A stretch of DNA of 63,014 nt, the filler included, from Octopus bimaculoides (lineage: Eukaryota), in the NCBI RefSeq assembly GCF_001194135.2. It is 7 parts of 6 records of this genome, joined end to end, with 100 filler letters (N's around TTAATTAATTAA, not from the genome) between each part and the next. Parts side by side here need not be neighbours in the genome. Positions count along the whole stretch, not along the records: positions 1 to 5,981 come from NC_068985.1; positions 6,082 to 13,149 come from NC_069002.1; 5 more parts are not named here. One strand, 5' to 3'. Shown piece by piece: positions 1 to 12,595 of the stretch. The notes under the pieces are model-generated. The model made no database searches, was not told the DNA's origin, and saw only the letters and a program-made list of their open reading frames with translations. The position numbers were made by a program, and so were the translations under genes. Numbering within the stretch: position 1 is the first letter of the stretch; each line of letters starts with the position of its first letter.

Positions 1-1240
1 ATATATACAGGTACATACATGTACATGTATGCGTTTGTGTATGTGTTTGTTTGTACATTCATACAACACACATACACACACACAAATATATGAAACCATC
101 CATGAAATGCTGCAATCTTCTAAACGAAACGAAAAACACAACAAAATCAAAATAAAGCTCTGCTTATCTATATACGCAGAACTCAAGAATATAAATGTCA
201 GTTTGAAATCAGTGGTTCCTACATAACAATATGTTTTAGATAGGTTCTTCCAACTATATTCACGGTTATAGTTCATTGTTATATACTAAGGAGTCATGAA
301 GGTGACATTAGTTTAACTAGTGTAACCACATTACAACCAGAATATTCATTTAGGTATGATGGCTTCGAAATTAGAAAAATGATGTTTCATTTTGAAGCAA
401 TCAACATACCAATGCGATTCACCTGACGCCTATGGAAGATGTGTGAAAACGTGTCTCCATAAATTCATGGCGGCAGTTTCATTCGTTGCTGAACATAAAT
501 AAATTATCATCAGCAAGAAATGTTTCATATCCACGATTTACTCTAATATAATAAGAATATTAAGATCAATGTGCAACACACCTCAAAGTGAAGCGAATTG
601 ACGCTTCATATCCCCGTTAGATAAATTAGTTGTAAAGTGATGAAAATTTCATAAGCAACATCTCAAAGTTTAATAACTATTTAAATATGGAGTCTTAGGA
701 TACGTGTGAGTTTTTGTTCCTGTACACGTGTGAAGCTGCATATTTCTATGAGTATATATGAAAGAGGGTAAAATAATGAGAAAGAATGAGAGAGACAGAG
801 ACAGATAGACAGAAAGACAGTCTGACAGTCAGAGAGGAAGAATGTGTGTGTATGTTTGGGCGGCTAATTGTGAGATTGTAATAATTGATTCGGTTTCGTA
901 GTCTTAATAATAATTTATTCATTAAAAAAATATAAGATTTTATTGTGAGGCGTCAAACAGAGGTTGAAGGTTAGGTTGAAAAGAATAAAATGAAATGGAA
1001 GAATCTGAAAAATATTTTACCAATAAATGAATATTTGCTCCCATCATGACGTAATAAGTTTCAATAAGAAACTTTTAATTCGTGAACTGTTAATAAACTA
1101 TCTGAAACGTAGTGATCCGAAACCACAGTGAATGAGAGGGGTCTCCCATGTTTTTGTATTCTGTGAATGCGTATGTGTGCATCTAGGTTTCTACATCCAT
1201 CTATCGACGTATACACCCATTTATCCATCTCTCTCTCAAA

Positions 1241-1294
<54 letters not shown>

Positions 1295-1295
1295 C

Positions 1296-1329
<34 letters not shown>
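1241..1329. repeat. (CTAT)n-(TA)n compound microsatellite running into an assembly gap
   Basis: Direct read of tandem CTAT units followed by TA units up to the N-run at 1330. Confidence 0.95.
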
Positions 1330-2404
1330 NNNNNNNNNNNNNNNNNNNNNNNNNNNNNNNNNNNNNNNNNNNNNNNNNNNNNNNNNNNNNNNNNNNNNNN
1401 NNNNNNNNNNNNNNNNNNNNNNNNNNNNNNNNNNNNNNNNNNNNNNNNNNNNNNNNNNNNNNNNNNNNNNNNNNNNNNNNNNNNNNNNNNNNNNNNNNNN
1501 NNNNNNNNNNNNNNNNNNNNNNNNNNNNNNNNNNNNNNNNNNNNNNNNNNNNNNNNNNNNNNNNNNNNNNNNNNNNNNNNNNNNNNNNNNNNNNNNNNNN
1601 NNNNNNNNNNNNNNNNNNNNNNNNNNNNNNNNNNNNNNNNNNNNNNNNNNNNNNNNNNNNNNNNNNNNNNNNNNNNNNNNNNNNNNNNNNNNNNNNNNNN
1701 NNNNNNNNNNNNNNNNNNNNNNNNNNNNNNNNNNNNNNNNNNNNNNNNNNNNNNNNNNNNNNNNNNNNNNNNNNNNNNNNNNNNNNNNNNNNNNNNNNNN
1801 NNNNNNNNATATATATATATATATAAATATATATATATACAAATATTAAGTCATTGTTGTGAATTTTCAACGCTGCATGCCGAACAAGGCCTGCTGTTAC
1901 CTATATCGCCGCATATCGCTATATGTTACATTGCTTGAAATTCTTCGAGCAGTCAGTAGTAGGTATAAAATCTAACTTTCAGGAACAGTAATAGATTATT
2001 GGTGTAGAAGGTTGTAGGTTTTTCCCATATCGAAGTTCGATAAACCAAACTCAATTGATTTATAGCTTACTTTAAGAACCTAGGTTTGCTACGAATGCTA
2101 ATAAAAATCTAGATTGACGAAATGGTGCATGAGAATCCAGGCTAGATACGTTTCTTAACTTGTGGACGTTAACGTAACATTCATTTAATTAAGGTAACTC
2201 CGGCCTGTGGTGTAGGCATTGGAGTAGACCTTCGTTTAGTATTTATTACACCCAAGGATCTGCTAGCTAGAAATAGTATATATGTAGCCTGGATTATACT
2301 TGCTCTGTTCCTGAAATTCCTATATATACATACGTACACACTTATATACATATAGATATATGTGTGCATGTGTGAGTGTGTGTGTGTATGTATGTATGTA
2401 CGTA

Positions 2405-2600
2405 GTCAATCCGAGGAAACGAAGAAAATACGCAAGAAAGAAGCAACAACGCGAGAACGTAGTTCGTGCAAAGTATTAAAATACGCTCAAGGAAGGAAAT
2501 AAAGGGTGTTTTGCGTTTCGAGCAAAGCTCTTCTCCAGAAAGGGGAGACAGCGGAAAGTCCAAGAGAAAAGGAAGATGGGGAAAATAAATCGCCAACAAT
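2405..2600 (-). mobile_element. Non-coding interspersed repeat, probable PLE terminal repeat (pLTR) with a degenerate hammerhead motif
   Basis: 2433-2500 aligns by eye with 24282-24350. The minus strand of 2509-2541 reads ttt-CTGGAGA-A-GAGC-ttt-GCTC-GAAAC-GCA-aaa. Confidence 0.45.
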
Positions 2601-3526
2601 CCACATGTTGTAACATTTTGAAATATAATTATATTGAATCAGTTTAAGGGCAACATAGAATATAGAATATCCAATGACTGCATCACAAAGAAGAACCGTT
2701 TCCTTATTATTTCTCTTCGACCGAAAAACATGATGTCCCTTTAAAGACAGCGGGATTTTCAGGATTCAGAATGTACGACGAATAGTTAAAATAGTTAAAC
2801 CAACGAACAGATGGTACATAAGTTCACAAATGTTAAAAAGCATTATCAAGCAATAGAAGTGCATATTGGTACCCGCTTGGACTAATTATCCCCATCGACG
2901 AAATATTTTGGGAAAATTGTATTAACTAGACTATATATATATATATNNNNNNNNNNNNNNNNNNNNNNNNNNNNNNNNNNNNNNNNNNNNNNNNNNNNNN
3001 NNNNNNNNNNNNNNNNNNNNNNNNNNNNNNNNNNNNNNNNNNNNNNNNNNNNNNNNNNNNNNNNNNNNNNNNNNNNNNNNNNNNNNNNNNNNNNNNNNNN
3101 NNNNNNNNNNNNNNNNNNNNNNNNNNNNNNNNNNNNNNNNNNNNNNNNNNNNNNNNATATATATACATATACGTACATATATGCAAACGTACGTACATAA
3201 ACGATAAACTGTCATGAGTTATGAGACAAGAATATATTTATTTAACCACTAATAATTATTGGGATTACAGCCTTTTTGCTGCCTGCGAAACGGCTGTAAC
3301 GCTAATAACGATAAATGGTTGAATAAACATAATCGTCTCTCATAACTCTTGTCGTTTTATGTTTTATACGCTCATTATGTGATAACTGCATCGATCGGAT
3401 GCTCTGCATTTCAGCTTCTTAGAAATCTTCATTATACTTCTTTCTATTTATTTTGTATATGATTTACTAGCCGTATTCTCTGGTGCTTTCCGCTATGGAC
3501 ACATAATCCTATGATTCTTTTTAATG

Positions 3527-3560
<34 letters not shown>

Positions 3561-5479
3561 TATAGCGTATGTATGTGATATTCTGTATGTGTGCATACAT
3601 GTTCCCACCTTCTATTATTTGTATGTATATGTATATATGTCTTCGGGTATGAATGTGTGTATGTGGGTGTATGTATGCATGTGTGTGTGTGCGTATGTCG
3701 ATATTTCTTTAACTCATATCAGCATACAATATTTATTATCTGATCTCCAATCTTAACGCAAGCAACGGTTCCAATTTTTCTCTGCTGTTCTTCATCCGTT
3801 GTAAATAATTTATCTCGATAATAAGTCAGAGACAACAATGCATCAAACGGCATTTAAGTATATGAAGTGTTCGGTAAACCTGCAAACGCTTTGTTTTACA
3901 ATGTCTGAGGATCTCTACTTGTGAAACCGTATCTTACATTCCAATTCATTTCAGCGCTAAAAATAATTCACCATGGTTCCCCACTCCACACACAGATATA
4001 TACTTGTTCTTTATAAAACTTACTGTTGCCTAAGAGAGTGTCTGTCTCGATATCTGAAACGGTGATACTGCTAGGAGTTAAAACATCTTTGATTGCATGG
4101 AGAGAAAGACTATTAAGTCTAATATACATTAACTCAATATCAAGCATACTCCAGCATCTAGTACACAGACATTTTGATTTATTCTGTCTTCTCTATCACT
4201 GCTAAAATTGTGTCTGCTCTTCGGAGTTGGATGTAGTCATAGGTTTAGACCTATGTACACCTGTAAACCCCACCATAGACACAGAATTTCAAATTCTCGC
4301 CTCTTTGGTTTGTTTTAACACATTCCAGCAATAATATTTCGAATCATTCCTTGCACTACGGACATTCGAACTTGTAGACATTTCTAGCATCAGTATCATT
4401 ACTGTAGACATGGACCTGCAAAATTTGGATCGGACCATTACTACACTATTCTGAAAGAGTCTCCGCATTATAGCACATCTGTTCCTTCCTCCAGACACAA
4501 CCGTCTAAACAAACATGTAAATTATCAAATCTTTAATGGCATAATTAAAAATTTATTGACATGTGAATGTTCGATCATACGTAATTATGGAGATAACTTA
4601 ATTATATTTTAAAATATAATTAAAAATATATGATTAATGATGAAGCACTTGTAGAAATAAAATTTGTTTTTGACTTGAGAGTGACATTAATATAACGATT
4701 TAACTCATTATATTTCCATTATGGAGCACAATATTTCTTTTAGACAAGATAAGATTCCTGCATTACAAATTCGGTATTGTGATTACTGACTACTATCTGA
4801 TGCAAATGTTTCTCATATTGGCGAAACATTCCAATGGATGTTTGCAAGTATATTTAATTAGAGTCCAACAAATTCGTCGATAAACTGCTGAATACCTCTC
4901 TGACAGGAGCTCTGAACACGCACAGATTTTGGTGAATATATGAGTTCGTAATGTTCTGCTTATTTCAGTGCGTGGATGACAAATTATCACACAGAAATAA
5001 CAGAAAACGTCAAATATTTAATAGTAAAACATGTGATGTTTAAAGTTTGGTTATTTACTTAATTTCTTATTGGAATGGAGTTTGCAAACAGCAATATTTT
5101 TCGGTATCACTGACTGTTTAGTTACATTTAACCTAAATCAGTTTGATAGAATTCCGATGTAGCAGGGCAGTCGGCGAGAAGGCACGAAATATGCCAAAAT
5201 CACGTGATATAACAGCCTCAAACGCAGGTGAAAACAGAATTTAGCCTGTCGATATGATGGGCTTTTTAACACGCTAATTTAAGCAAGAAGTTTGCTCAGG
5301 TAAGTTAACAAAGCCTTTTGCGTTTAAAATAATAGAATGGTCGGAAAGGTAAAGAACTCCATCGGTCATGAATGACCATCGGATTGCACCTAGGAAGTTA
5401 CTCTCCGAGGCATTAGTTCGGACGAAGTTGTTTATGAAAGACCAACAGTCGCCCATGCATACCAGATTACCCTCTCAAC

Positions 5480-5680
5480 ATCACTGATGTTATCGAAGGG
5501 AAAGGCAAAAATCGCCGATACAGCTTGGCACCAGTGACGTCGCAAATCATTTGTAGAGCTGAGTGAAATGGAGCAACGTGAAATAAAGTGTCTTGCTCAA
5601 GAACACAACACACAGCCTGGTTCGGGAATAGAGTTCACTTCCTCATGATTATGAGACTGATATTATAACCGCTGTTATAT
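5480..5680 (-). mobile_element. tRNA-derived SINE fragment (family C, same as 24418-24700)
   Basis: The reverse complement contains TGTGTTGTGTTCTTGAGCAAGACACTTTATTTCACGTTGCTCC, matching the core at 24500-24540, preceded by a tRNA-like head. Confidence 0.7.
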
Positions 5681-5709
5681 CCGAAGTGCAATTAATGCAT
5701 ATATTATTT

Positions 5710-5921
5710 AAGGCGGCGAACTAGCAGGAACGTTAGCACGCCAGACGAAATGTTTAGCGATGTTTCGCCACTCGTTATATCCGGAGTTCAAATTCTACCG
5801 AGGTCGAGTTTGCCTTTCATCCTTTCGGGATCGGTAAATTAAGTACCAGTTGCATACTGGGGGCCGATCTGATCGACTGCCAAACCCAAGAGTTTCGGGA
5901 CTTGTGTCTAGAGTAGAAAAG
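5710..5921 (+). mobile_element. tRNA-derived SINE (family B, AAGGCGGCGAGCTGGCAG head)
   Basis: Head AAGGCGGCGAACTAGCAGG, B-box GAGTTCAAATT and body TTTGCCTTTCATCCTTTCGGG are shared with 16314-16520 and 59501-59733. Confidence 0.85.
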
Positions 5922-6025
5922 AATATATATATTCCTTTATTTCTCTGAATCTGGTGACCGAATCCATGCTGGTGCACCACCNNNNNNNNNNNNNNNNNNN
6001 NNNNNNNNNNNNNNNNNNNNNNNNN

Positions 6026-6037
6026 TTAATTAATTAA
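6026..6037. other. Assembly gap linker TTAATTAATTAA (44 N + 12 + 44 N)
   Basis: Same 12-mer centred in a 100-bp N gap; six identical instances in the window. Confidence 0.95.
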
Positions 6038-7498
6038 NNNNNNNNNNNNNNNNNNNNNNNNNNNNNNNNNNNNNNNNNNNNTTGTTTGTAACCGGGAAAT
6101 CAAATCTGCATTCTACGTGGTGTTTCTTTTGTTACGGCCATTAAGTTTTGTCCTGTCTATTTCTCTGCACATCCTAAATGAGATATGTAAAACAATTCTC
6201 TGTCTTGAAAATAATGTATAAAACGGAAATCTTGACCTTCATATGATTTTCAATTCTATTTACTTTAGTTTATTTGTATTTGTACCAGAAAAACGATTTT
6301 CTTGACTCGTTGTTTCAGATCATCTATTAATGATGGAGAATAATGTCTGTCTATGAGTAAATCCTTAAGATCTTCAAGTAGCATAGCATATCACATTGTG
6401 TATATTCTTTTGGCTTATTCAACAGAAATATGATCCTGTGTGCTTCGGGTTACACAAACTAAAGCTTAGTTAACACTACATACCCCTGGGTCTGTAATAA
6501 GCTACCATTTCAGTTCGGCTGCTCAATATCATTAGCAAAATAGCTAAAAATAATAGCTTCTCTTAATTATATTCTATTTTGAATCGGATTTATTTTATCA
6601 CATTACGATAACAATATGAATTATTTAAATTTTGCATTCGTTCATAGTAAAGAATAAAACGATTGTCTAGAAATCTTTTCCTCATCTAATTAATATACGA
6701 ATAGAAAGCACTGCAGTACTTTCGTAGCGATTTCTGAATTTATATAACTTCCAAATATATCATAACTAAATTTGCGTAATCTGGAGCAACATTTGCATCC
6801 ATTGCAGATCCGGACTTTTGGCGACAATACTTGCATCAAACTTGAAACAGCCAAATCATAATCTAATCAGACCCAATTTTATTAATAATTTCTACTACAA
6901 TACTTATTACAATTATAATATATTGTAATTGTAAGTAACTTTAGTCTTTGGTTTATATAATTTACATTATTCTATTTTAAACAGCTTGAAAGATTATTTT
7001 GTTCCACCGGAAATTATGAAGCGAAATCCTGCCTGAAAGTTTTATTTGATCACTTACCTTGTTTATTGATGCTGTTAGATTTATTATTATAGTATTTAGT
7101 AACCTGTGTTAGTATTAATGTGTAGCAATATTAGTAAAAGTAAATTTAAGAGTTGAAACAATAGGTGAATTTGCGTGAATCGACATCGCTTGCGCAATGA
7201 TAATAAAGCTGAATAGACCTAGTGCTGTATCGATGTGGACCCGTCGGTTCGATAAAATTTTTAGCCAAGACAAATTTTAACGATGGGAAATAACTTGCAA
7301 AACATACTGTATGCATGTATGAGTTGTTCCCCTTGCATATTATTATCATTATTGTTAGTATGATTACTATGATATCCAAAATAATCGAAATCTGCACCAG
7401 CTGAAATGTATTTCAAGAAAGTTTCATTGAAAAAAAGACCCATTTAAAAAAAAAAACAAAAAAAACTATAGGAACACAAATCGAGGAAGGGGGCACAC

Positions 7499-7686
7499 TG
7501 TGAGTGGATTTGGTAGACGGAAACTGAAAGAAGCCCGTCGTATTATTATACCTATGTATGTATGTATGTATGTATGTATGTATGTATGTATGTATGTATG
7601 TGTTGTTGTTGTTTGTGTCTGTGTTTGTCCCCCCCCCCATCATCGCTTGACAGCCGGTGTTGGTGTGTTTACTTCCCTGTCACTTA
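7499..7686 (+). mobile_element. tRNA-derived SINE (family A) middle fragment with internal (TATG)n
   Basis: GTGAGTGGATTTGGTAGACGGAAACTGAAAGAAGCCCGTCG followed by a microsatellite and TGTTTGTCCCCCC...ATCGCTTGACA, as in the full copy at 55282-55756. Confidence 0.9.
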
Positions 7687-7687
7687 C

Positions 7688-7836
7688 ACGACGGGCTTCT
7701 TTCAGTTTCCGTCTCCCAAATCCACTGACAAAGCTTTGGTTGGTCCAAGGCTATATTAGAAGACACTTGCTCAAGGTGCCACGAAGTGGGACTGAACCCG
7801 GAACCATGTGGTTGGGAAGCAAGCTTCTTACTACAC
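7688..7836 (-). mobile_element. SINE family A 5' half (tRNA head plus core), antisense
   Basis: The reverse complement has B-box GGGTTCAGTCCC and core GGCACCTTGAGCAAGTGTCTTCT, matching 55282-55440. Confidence 0.9.
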
Positions 7837-7906
7837 TAAGATGTATATATATTTATATATTATATACATATGTATGTATGTATGTATGTATGTATGTGTG
7901 TCTGTG

Positions 7907-7954
<48 letters not shown>

Positions 7955-8007
7955 TACTCTCACACATAACAGAAAGGAAAAGAGATTTATATATGTATGG
8001 GTGTTGT

Positions 8008-8190
8008 GTTGACAACTAGTGTTGGTTTGTTTACGTCCTCGTAGTTTAGCAGTTCGGTTAAAAATGCTGATAGAATAAATAGCAGACGAAGGAATAACAA
8101 GTACTTGGGTCAATGTTTGACTAAATTCTTCAAGGTGATGTTCCAGCATGGCCGCAGTCAAATAACCGATACTAGTAAACAAAGAAAAGA
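8008..8190 (+). mobile_element. SINE family A 3' fragment (diverged)
   Basis: CAGCATGGCCGCAGTCAAAT tail and GTTTACGTCC...TAGCAGTTCGG match the 3' half of 55282-55756. Confidence 0.8.
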
Positions 8191-8493
8191 AAGAGAACCA
8201 AACTTTTAAATCAATGCTAAGTTCCTAGCAAGGTTTTCCATATTATTTCACAAGCATAAGACATCGAAGACAATAATGACGAGAATGTTGCATGAGATTT
8301 AGCTGCTATTTCTAACATCTCACGCGACCTGGTAGAAGAAGCTTCTTGTTTGCATAACAAATAGCGATTGAAGCAAATGTAAATGTCCAAGGGAGACAAC
8401 TCATAAATGCATACTGTTTGTTTTGAAAGTTATTTCCCATCGTTATAATTTGTCTTTGCTAAAATTTTATCAACCTGATGGTTTCTTCCTCGT

Positions 8494-8610
8494 GAAGGCG
8501 CAATGGCCAAGCTCGGGCTGTTCGGCTCATGATATCGAACGTTCAGTCCTTTGACTGCGTTGAGTTCATGGAAAATGCCTTCTATTTTACGCTGCTGCAG
8601 TTTAATTAGC
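8494..8610 (+). mobile_element. Degenerate SINE family C head
   Basis: GAAGGCGCAATGGCC head and TTTTACGCTGCTGCAG core resemble 24418-24540. Confidence 0.45.
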
Positions 8611-8765
8611 TAAAACTAAGGCATGGGAAAGCGAACAATTCGTTCAAAATGGGACATCCTGTATGAATGTATGTATGTATGTATGTATGTATGTATGTAT
8701 GTATGTATCCATGCATGTATGTATGAATGTATGTATGTATATATGTATGTATGCATGCTTGCATG

Positions 8766-8796
<31 letters not shown>

Positions 8797-9077
8797 GCAT
8801 ATTTGTATGTTTTATGTATATATTCTCATGTATATAGCTGCATATCTAGTCATGCTCATATATATATATATAAGGTTAAGGAGGGTATTGGATTCAACCA
8901 AACCCCAAAATACAGGTAATACCGTGTAAGTACTGTATACCGACTAGTTTTGCCCCATTCGTTGTATAAACAAGAGTGGGGATTATAACATAGGTCGTGT
9001 ATTAGCGTGTGTATGTATAAAGAGAGAAAAGGATAAAGAGAACAATGGCAAAGCTAGAAATATATTTTAGCGATAGA

Positions 9078-9126
9078 GTCTTACAGCTGTTTCAGGGAAG
9101 ATCCAATGCATCCCTTCATCGGAGAC
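9078..9126 (-). ncRNA. Minimal type-I hammerhead ribozyme motif (CCGAUGA core variant)
   Basis: Minus strand: GTCT-CCGATGA-AGGGATG-cattggat-CTTCCCT-GAAAC-AGCT-GTA-AGAC. Stem I is 4 bp, stem II is 6 of 7 bp, and stem III is palindromic. Confidence 0.7.
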
Positions 9127-9953
9127 AGAAATAGTAGAGGAATCGATTATCATAACTATAAGCGGAGAGTTATATTAGGAAGTGAGAGTGAGTGTGATGC
9201 GCTGAAAAAAGAAAGAAAAAACAGTACTTGGAGTGTAGCTTCATTCCAGTAGTAAGTATCCGTGTAAATAATCCTTGTGGGAATTTTCCGGAGATAGTTG
9301 TTGTAGCAAAGGCTGAAATAGCAGAGGTGGATATATGTCATATCGTGTCCGAAGTATACTGCGTGTGGTTTACTTGAAGGATATCCCAAGTCAAGTGAGA
9401 GATGTGTGCAGGGTAAATAGGTCAAGTCTTAAAGACAGAAAGGAAAGGGGAGAGAGAAGTGATTCAGGTGGGGAATGATAGTGACATGTTTTGTGGTCAG
9501 TTAATCTGACTGGACAGAGAGATTAAGTATTGGGAGTAAAGGAGGAAGGGGGGATAGAGGTAAAGGTTTAGTAAGGAAGAAGGAATGCGCAGAGGTAGTA
9601 TGGAGAGGTAGGCTATAAGTGGTGAGGGTATGGGTGACATTCTAAAGACAGTATTAAAGGAAAAAAAGAGAGAGAGAGAAAGAATTAGTAGTATCATATT
9701 CTAAAAAATAGAGCTAAGTCTAATTTACAGATGGTAGAAGGGGGATCAGATGTTACTAAGAGTGGAATGTGGTTATCAACAAGGAGCCTGTAGGTGGTGG
9801 TGGTGTTATTGGCTAGGAAGTGTAGAGGAAGTAAATTTGGGAAAAATATATTAAGTAGTGGTAGGATCAAAAAAGAAATAAATCTATTCTAAAGATGGTA
9901 TAAGGGGGATCATTTTGCTAGGTCGTATAGGTTGCCTATAGGGAGTTGTGTGA

Positions 9954-10880
9954 TTATGTTGTGTGGTCATTTGTGCATTTTTGTCTGTGATAAAATTTAA
10001 ATGTATGGAAAAAACGGTGATTGCAGGTGCTAAATGCTTCATTATATCGATTAAGTAGAGTGGGAGAATTGTATTTCAAAATATGGAACGCCTCTTTTAA
10101 GCAGAGCTTGCAATTAGAGCGCTGGCCCTGGTATGGAATTCCGGAGTCTAGGATGGACCATTTTAAAGTATACTGGGTATTTGTGCTTTTGAGGTGATGA
10201 ATGTGATTGGCTAGTGTTGTAGATTTACTGTGTTTGTCCTATCTAAAGGAGTGCAAATGGGCTGCGTAGCGATGTTTGAAGGTTTTAGTTGCACCTATGT
10301 ATGTAGCTGTAGAGTTATGTAATAGATTTCTTACAGTGCATTTATATATTACGTTGTATCTTACGCAGTGCGTTTGTAGCGGGCAGATTGTCCCGGAGCG
10401 ACAGTTACGAGTAGATGAGACTTGGGGGTTGGGCTCTGTGGTGGATGAGGCATTATTGTTGGAGGATATGTTATGTGAGGATGTAGAAGAATCTAGATCA
10501 ATGAAATTATTGTTATAGTTATTTATCCCACCATTGTTATTATCATAGGATATGGTATTATTAATATCGAGTATATTAGTGGGCTGGGATCTACTGTGGT
10601 CGTGTTCAAGTGTACGAGTCTTAGTGTTAGATGAACGTATATTAATGTCTATGTTGGGTATATGCATGCGCCGAGTGCTAGGGCTAGCATAGTTATGGTT
10701 GTGTAAGTTTTGGTAATACAGTGAAAGTTTATGTTTATTAGAAGTTGCTATAATAGATTCGAAGTTAGGAGTGGTAGAATACGACAGTTTCAAAGTGGAT
10801 CTGTTGAATATAGAACGGTATTTGTGTTGTCGGGGGAAGTTAGAATCCAGTATTTTAAAGAAAGATTTGGCTAAGTTCCT
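9954..10880 (-). pseudogene. Decayed PLE ORF remnant (RT thumb plus GIY-YIG endonuclease)
   Basis: VIY...YIG motif pair and C-terminal CxLC...LLNR..E...C.H motif. In-frame TAG at 10239-10241; terminal TAA at 9954-9956. Confidence 0.85.
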
Positions 10881-10994
10881 ATAGAATGGTATTTGTGGAA
10901 CTTAGTCAAATCTTTCGGCCATCAAATCCTATTGTCCGACGAAACTGGATCACTTCTCTAATGGGTTTTCCTTATTCCTTAATATCCATAAAGT

Positions 10995-11565
10995 TTTATA
11001 TAAATATTGGTTTCAGAATTTGGCACAAGGCCAGTAATATTGTGGGAGGGATAAACCGATTACACCGACCCAAGTGCTCAACTGGTACTTATTTCATTGC
11101 ATCTGAAAGGATGAAATGCAAAATCGTTCTTGGAGGAATTTGAACTCAGAACATAAAGACGGATGAAATGCCGGTAATCTTAGCGGCATTTCGTCCGACA
11201 AGCTAACAGGTCTGTCAGCTCGTGGCCTTAGAGTTTATATAAATATTGGTTTCAGAATTTGGCACAAGGCCAGTAATATTGTGGGAGGGATAAACCGATT
11301 ACACCGACCCAAGTGCTCAACTGGTACTTATTTCATTGCATCTGAAAGGATGAAATGCAAAATCGTTCTTGGAGGAATTTGAACTCAGAACATAAAGACG
11401 GATGAAATGCCACGAAGCACCTTGTCCGGCATGCTAACAATTTTGCCTGCACGCCGCCTTCAAAGTCAACCATGACAGAATTTTAACTCATGACCTAAAG
11501 ACGGACGAAATGCCACTAAGCAATTTGTCCGGCATGCTAACAATTTAACCAGCTCGTCGCCTTAG
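10995..11565 (-). mobile_element. Cluster of SINE family B copies with a 178-bp exact direct duplication (period 239) and three head fragments
   Basis: 10995-11172 and 11234-11411 read identically; the heads end in GCCTT at about 11229, 11460 and 11563. Confidence 0.85.
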
Positions 11566-12564
11566 AGCTTATGCAAATATTAACAAGGCGAATTGTGTGA
11601 GCAATTCGTATTATTGCATTATTCTACAATTTTTTCATCATCACTTACCCAGAAGTTTATTCCTCTAATAATATTATATGACATTTTACATGGACTCAGT
11701 ATTATTTTAAGCAATATATTATTCCATATCATTCAACTACGGTAGTAGTTAAATAATATTCTTAAGGCCGCAATTTACTCACACGCGACATCTTTCAGAG
11801 TTCGTCGCTAATTCAGTTCTTAACCAAATTACAAACTGCTAACATTTTGGAAGAGGGTTAGTCGTTAGCTACATTTTGGCATAAAAATATGAGATTTGGT
11901 CCAGTAGTCAAAGATTTAAATCAAAATTTGCAGCAACGTTATAGGAGAGTAAGTAACCCCACCAATCAAATTTAAATCTAAATAACTGTTTTTTATCTTA
12001 AAAGAAAAATATATTACGTCATATCAAGACAGAGAGAGAGGGGGAGAGAGAGGGGGTTGAAAAGATACGTACCGCTTCAGTTATTTGAAACATTTCTTAC
12101 CGTAAGCATTCATGGGGAAAGGCACGAATGTCATCACATCATCTAACTATACAATAGTCTACACCACACCATTCAAAGCACACTGCATCATCGAGCCCTA
12201 TCAAATCGTACGTACTCATGGTACCTATTTACAGATAGGTATAACGACCTAAAAACTAAGTTAATTAAACATGTACGTAGCATCATACTTCAGAAGAAAT
12301 TGTATGAAACAAACTACATGACCGACTGAATACTCATGCTTAAATTTCATGATGGAGAAATAATGAAATCTGTTTGTACATTAAACCACAGGTTAGAAAT
12401 TCTGACTGCAGAAAAACAATGAGGTAAGATAGATCTTAAATGGCAGTTTGATAATTAATAATTAATATATGAAAGGACAGGCAGGTGTTTCCAACTGAAA
12501 CTAGTATTGTTATTAACGGTAATGGTGATATTATATAACTACTACAGGTGAGGACATTCATTTG

Positions 12565-12595
<31 letters not shown>

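Larger units (their letters stand above)
9016..10880 (-). mobile_element. 5'-truncated Penelope-like element (Naiad-type): RT C-terminus, linker, GIY-YIG, long 3' UTR/pLTR with hammerhead
   Basis: The minus strand translates to FFKILDSNFPRQHKYRSIFNRSTLKLSYSTTPNF...CPLQTHCVRYNVIYKCTV...YIGATKTFKHRYAAHLHSFR*...TTLANHIHHLK...KWSIL...CKLCLKEAFHIL...LLNRYNEAFSTCNH. The 9016-9460 end is shared with 28665-29060. Confidence 0.85.

Noticed and set aside
7058-7103. Possible 46-nt minus-strand micro-exon (TACTAAC near acceptor, AAG/GTAAGT donor)
   Set aside because: There are no supported neighbouring exons and the peptide is uninformative.
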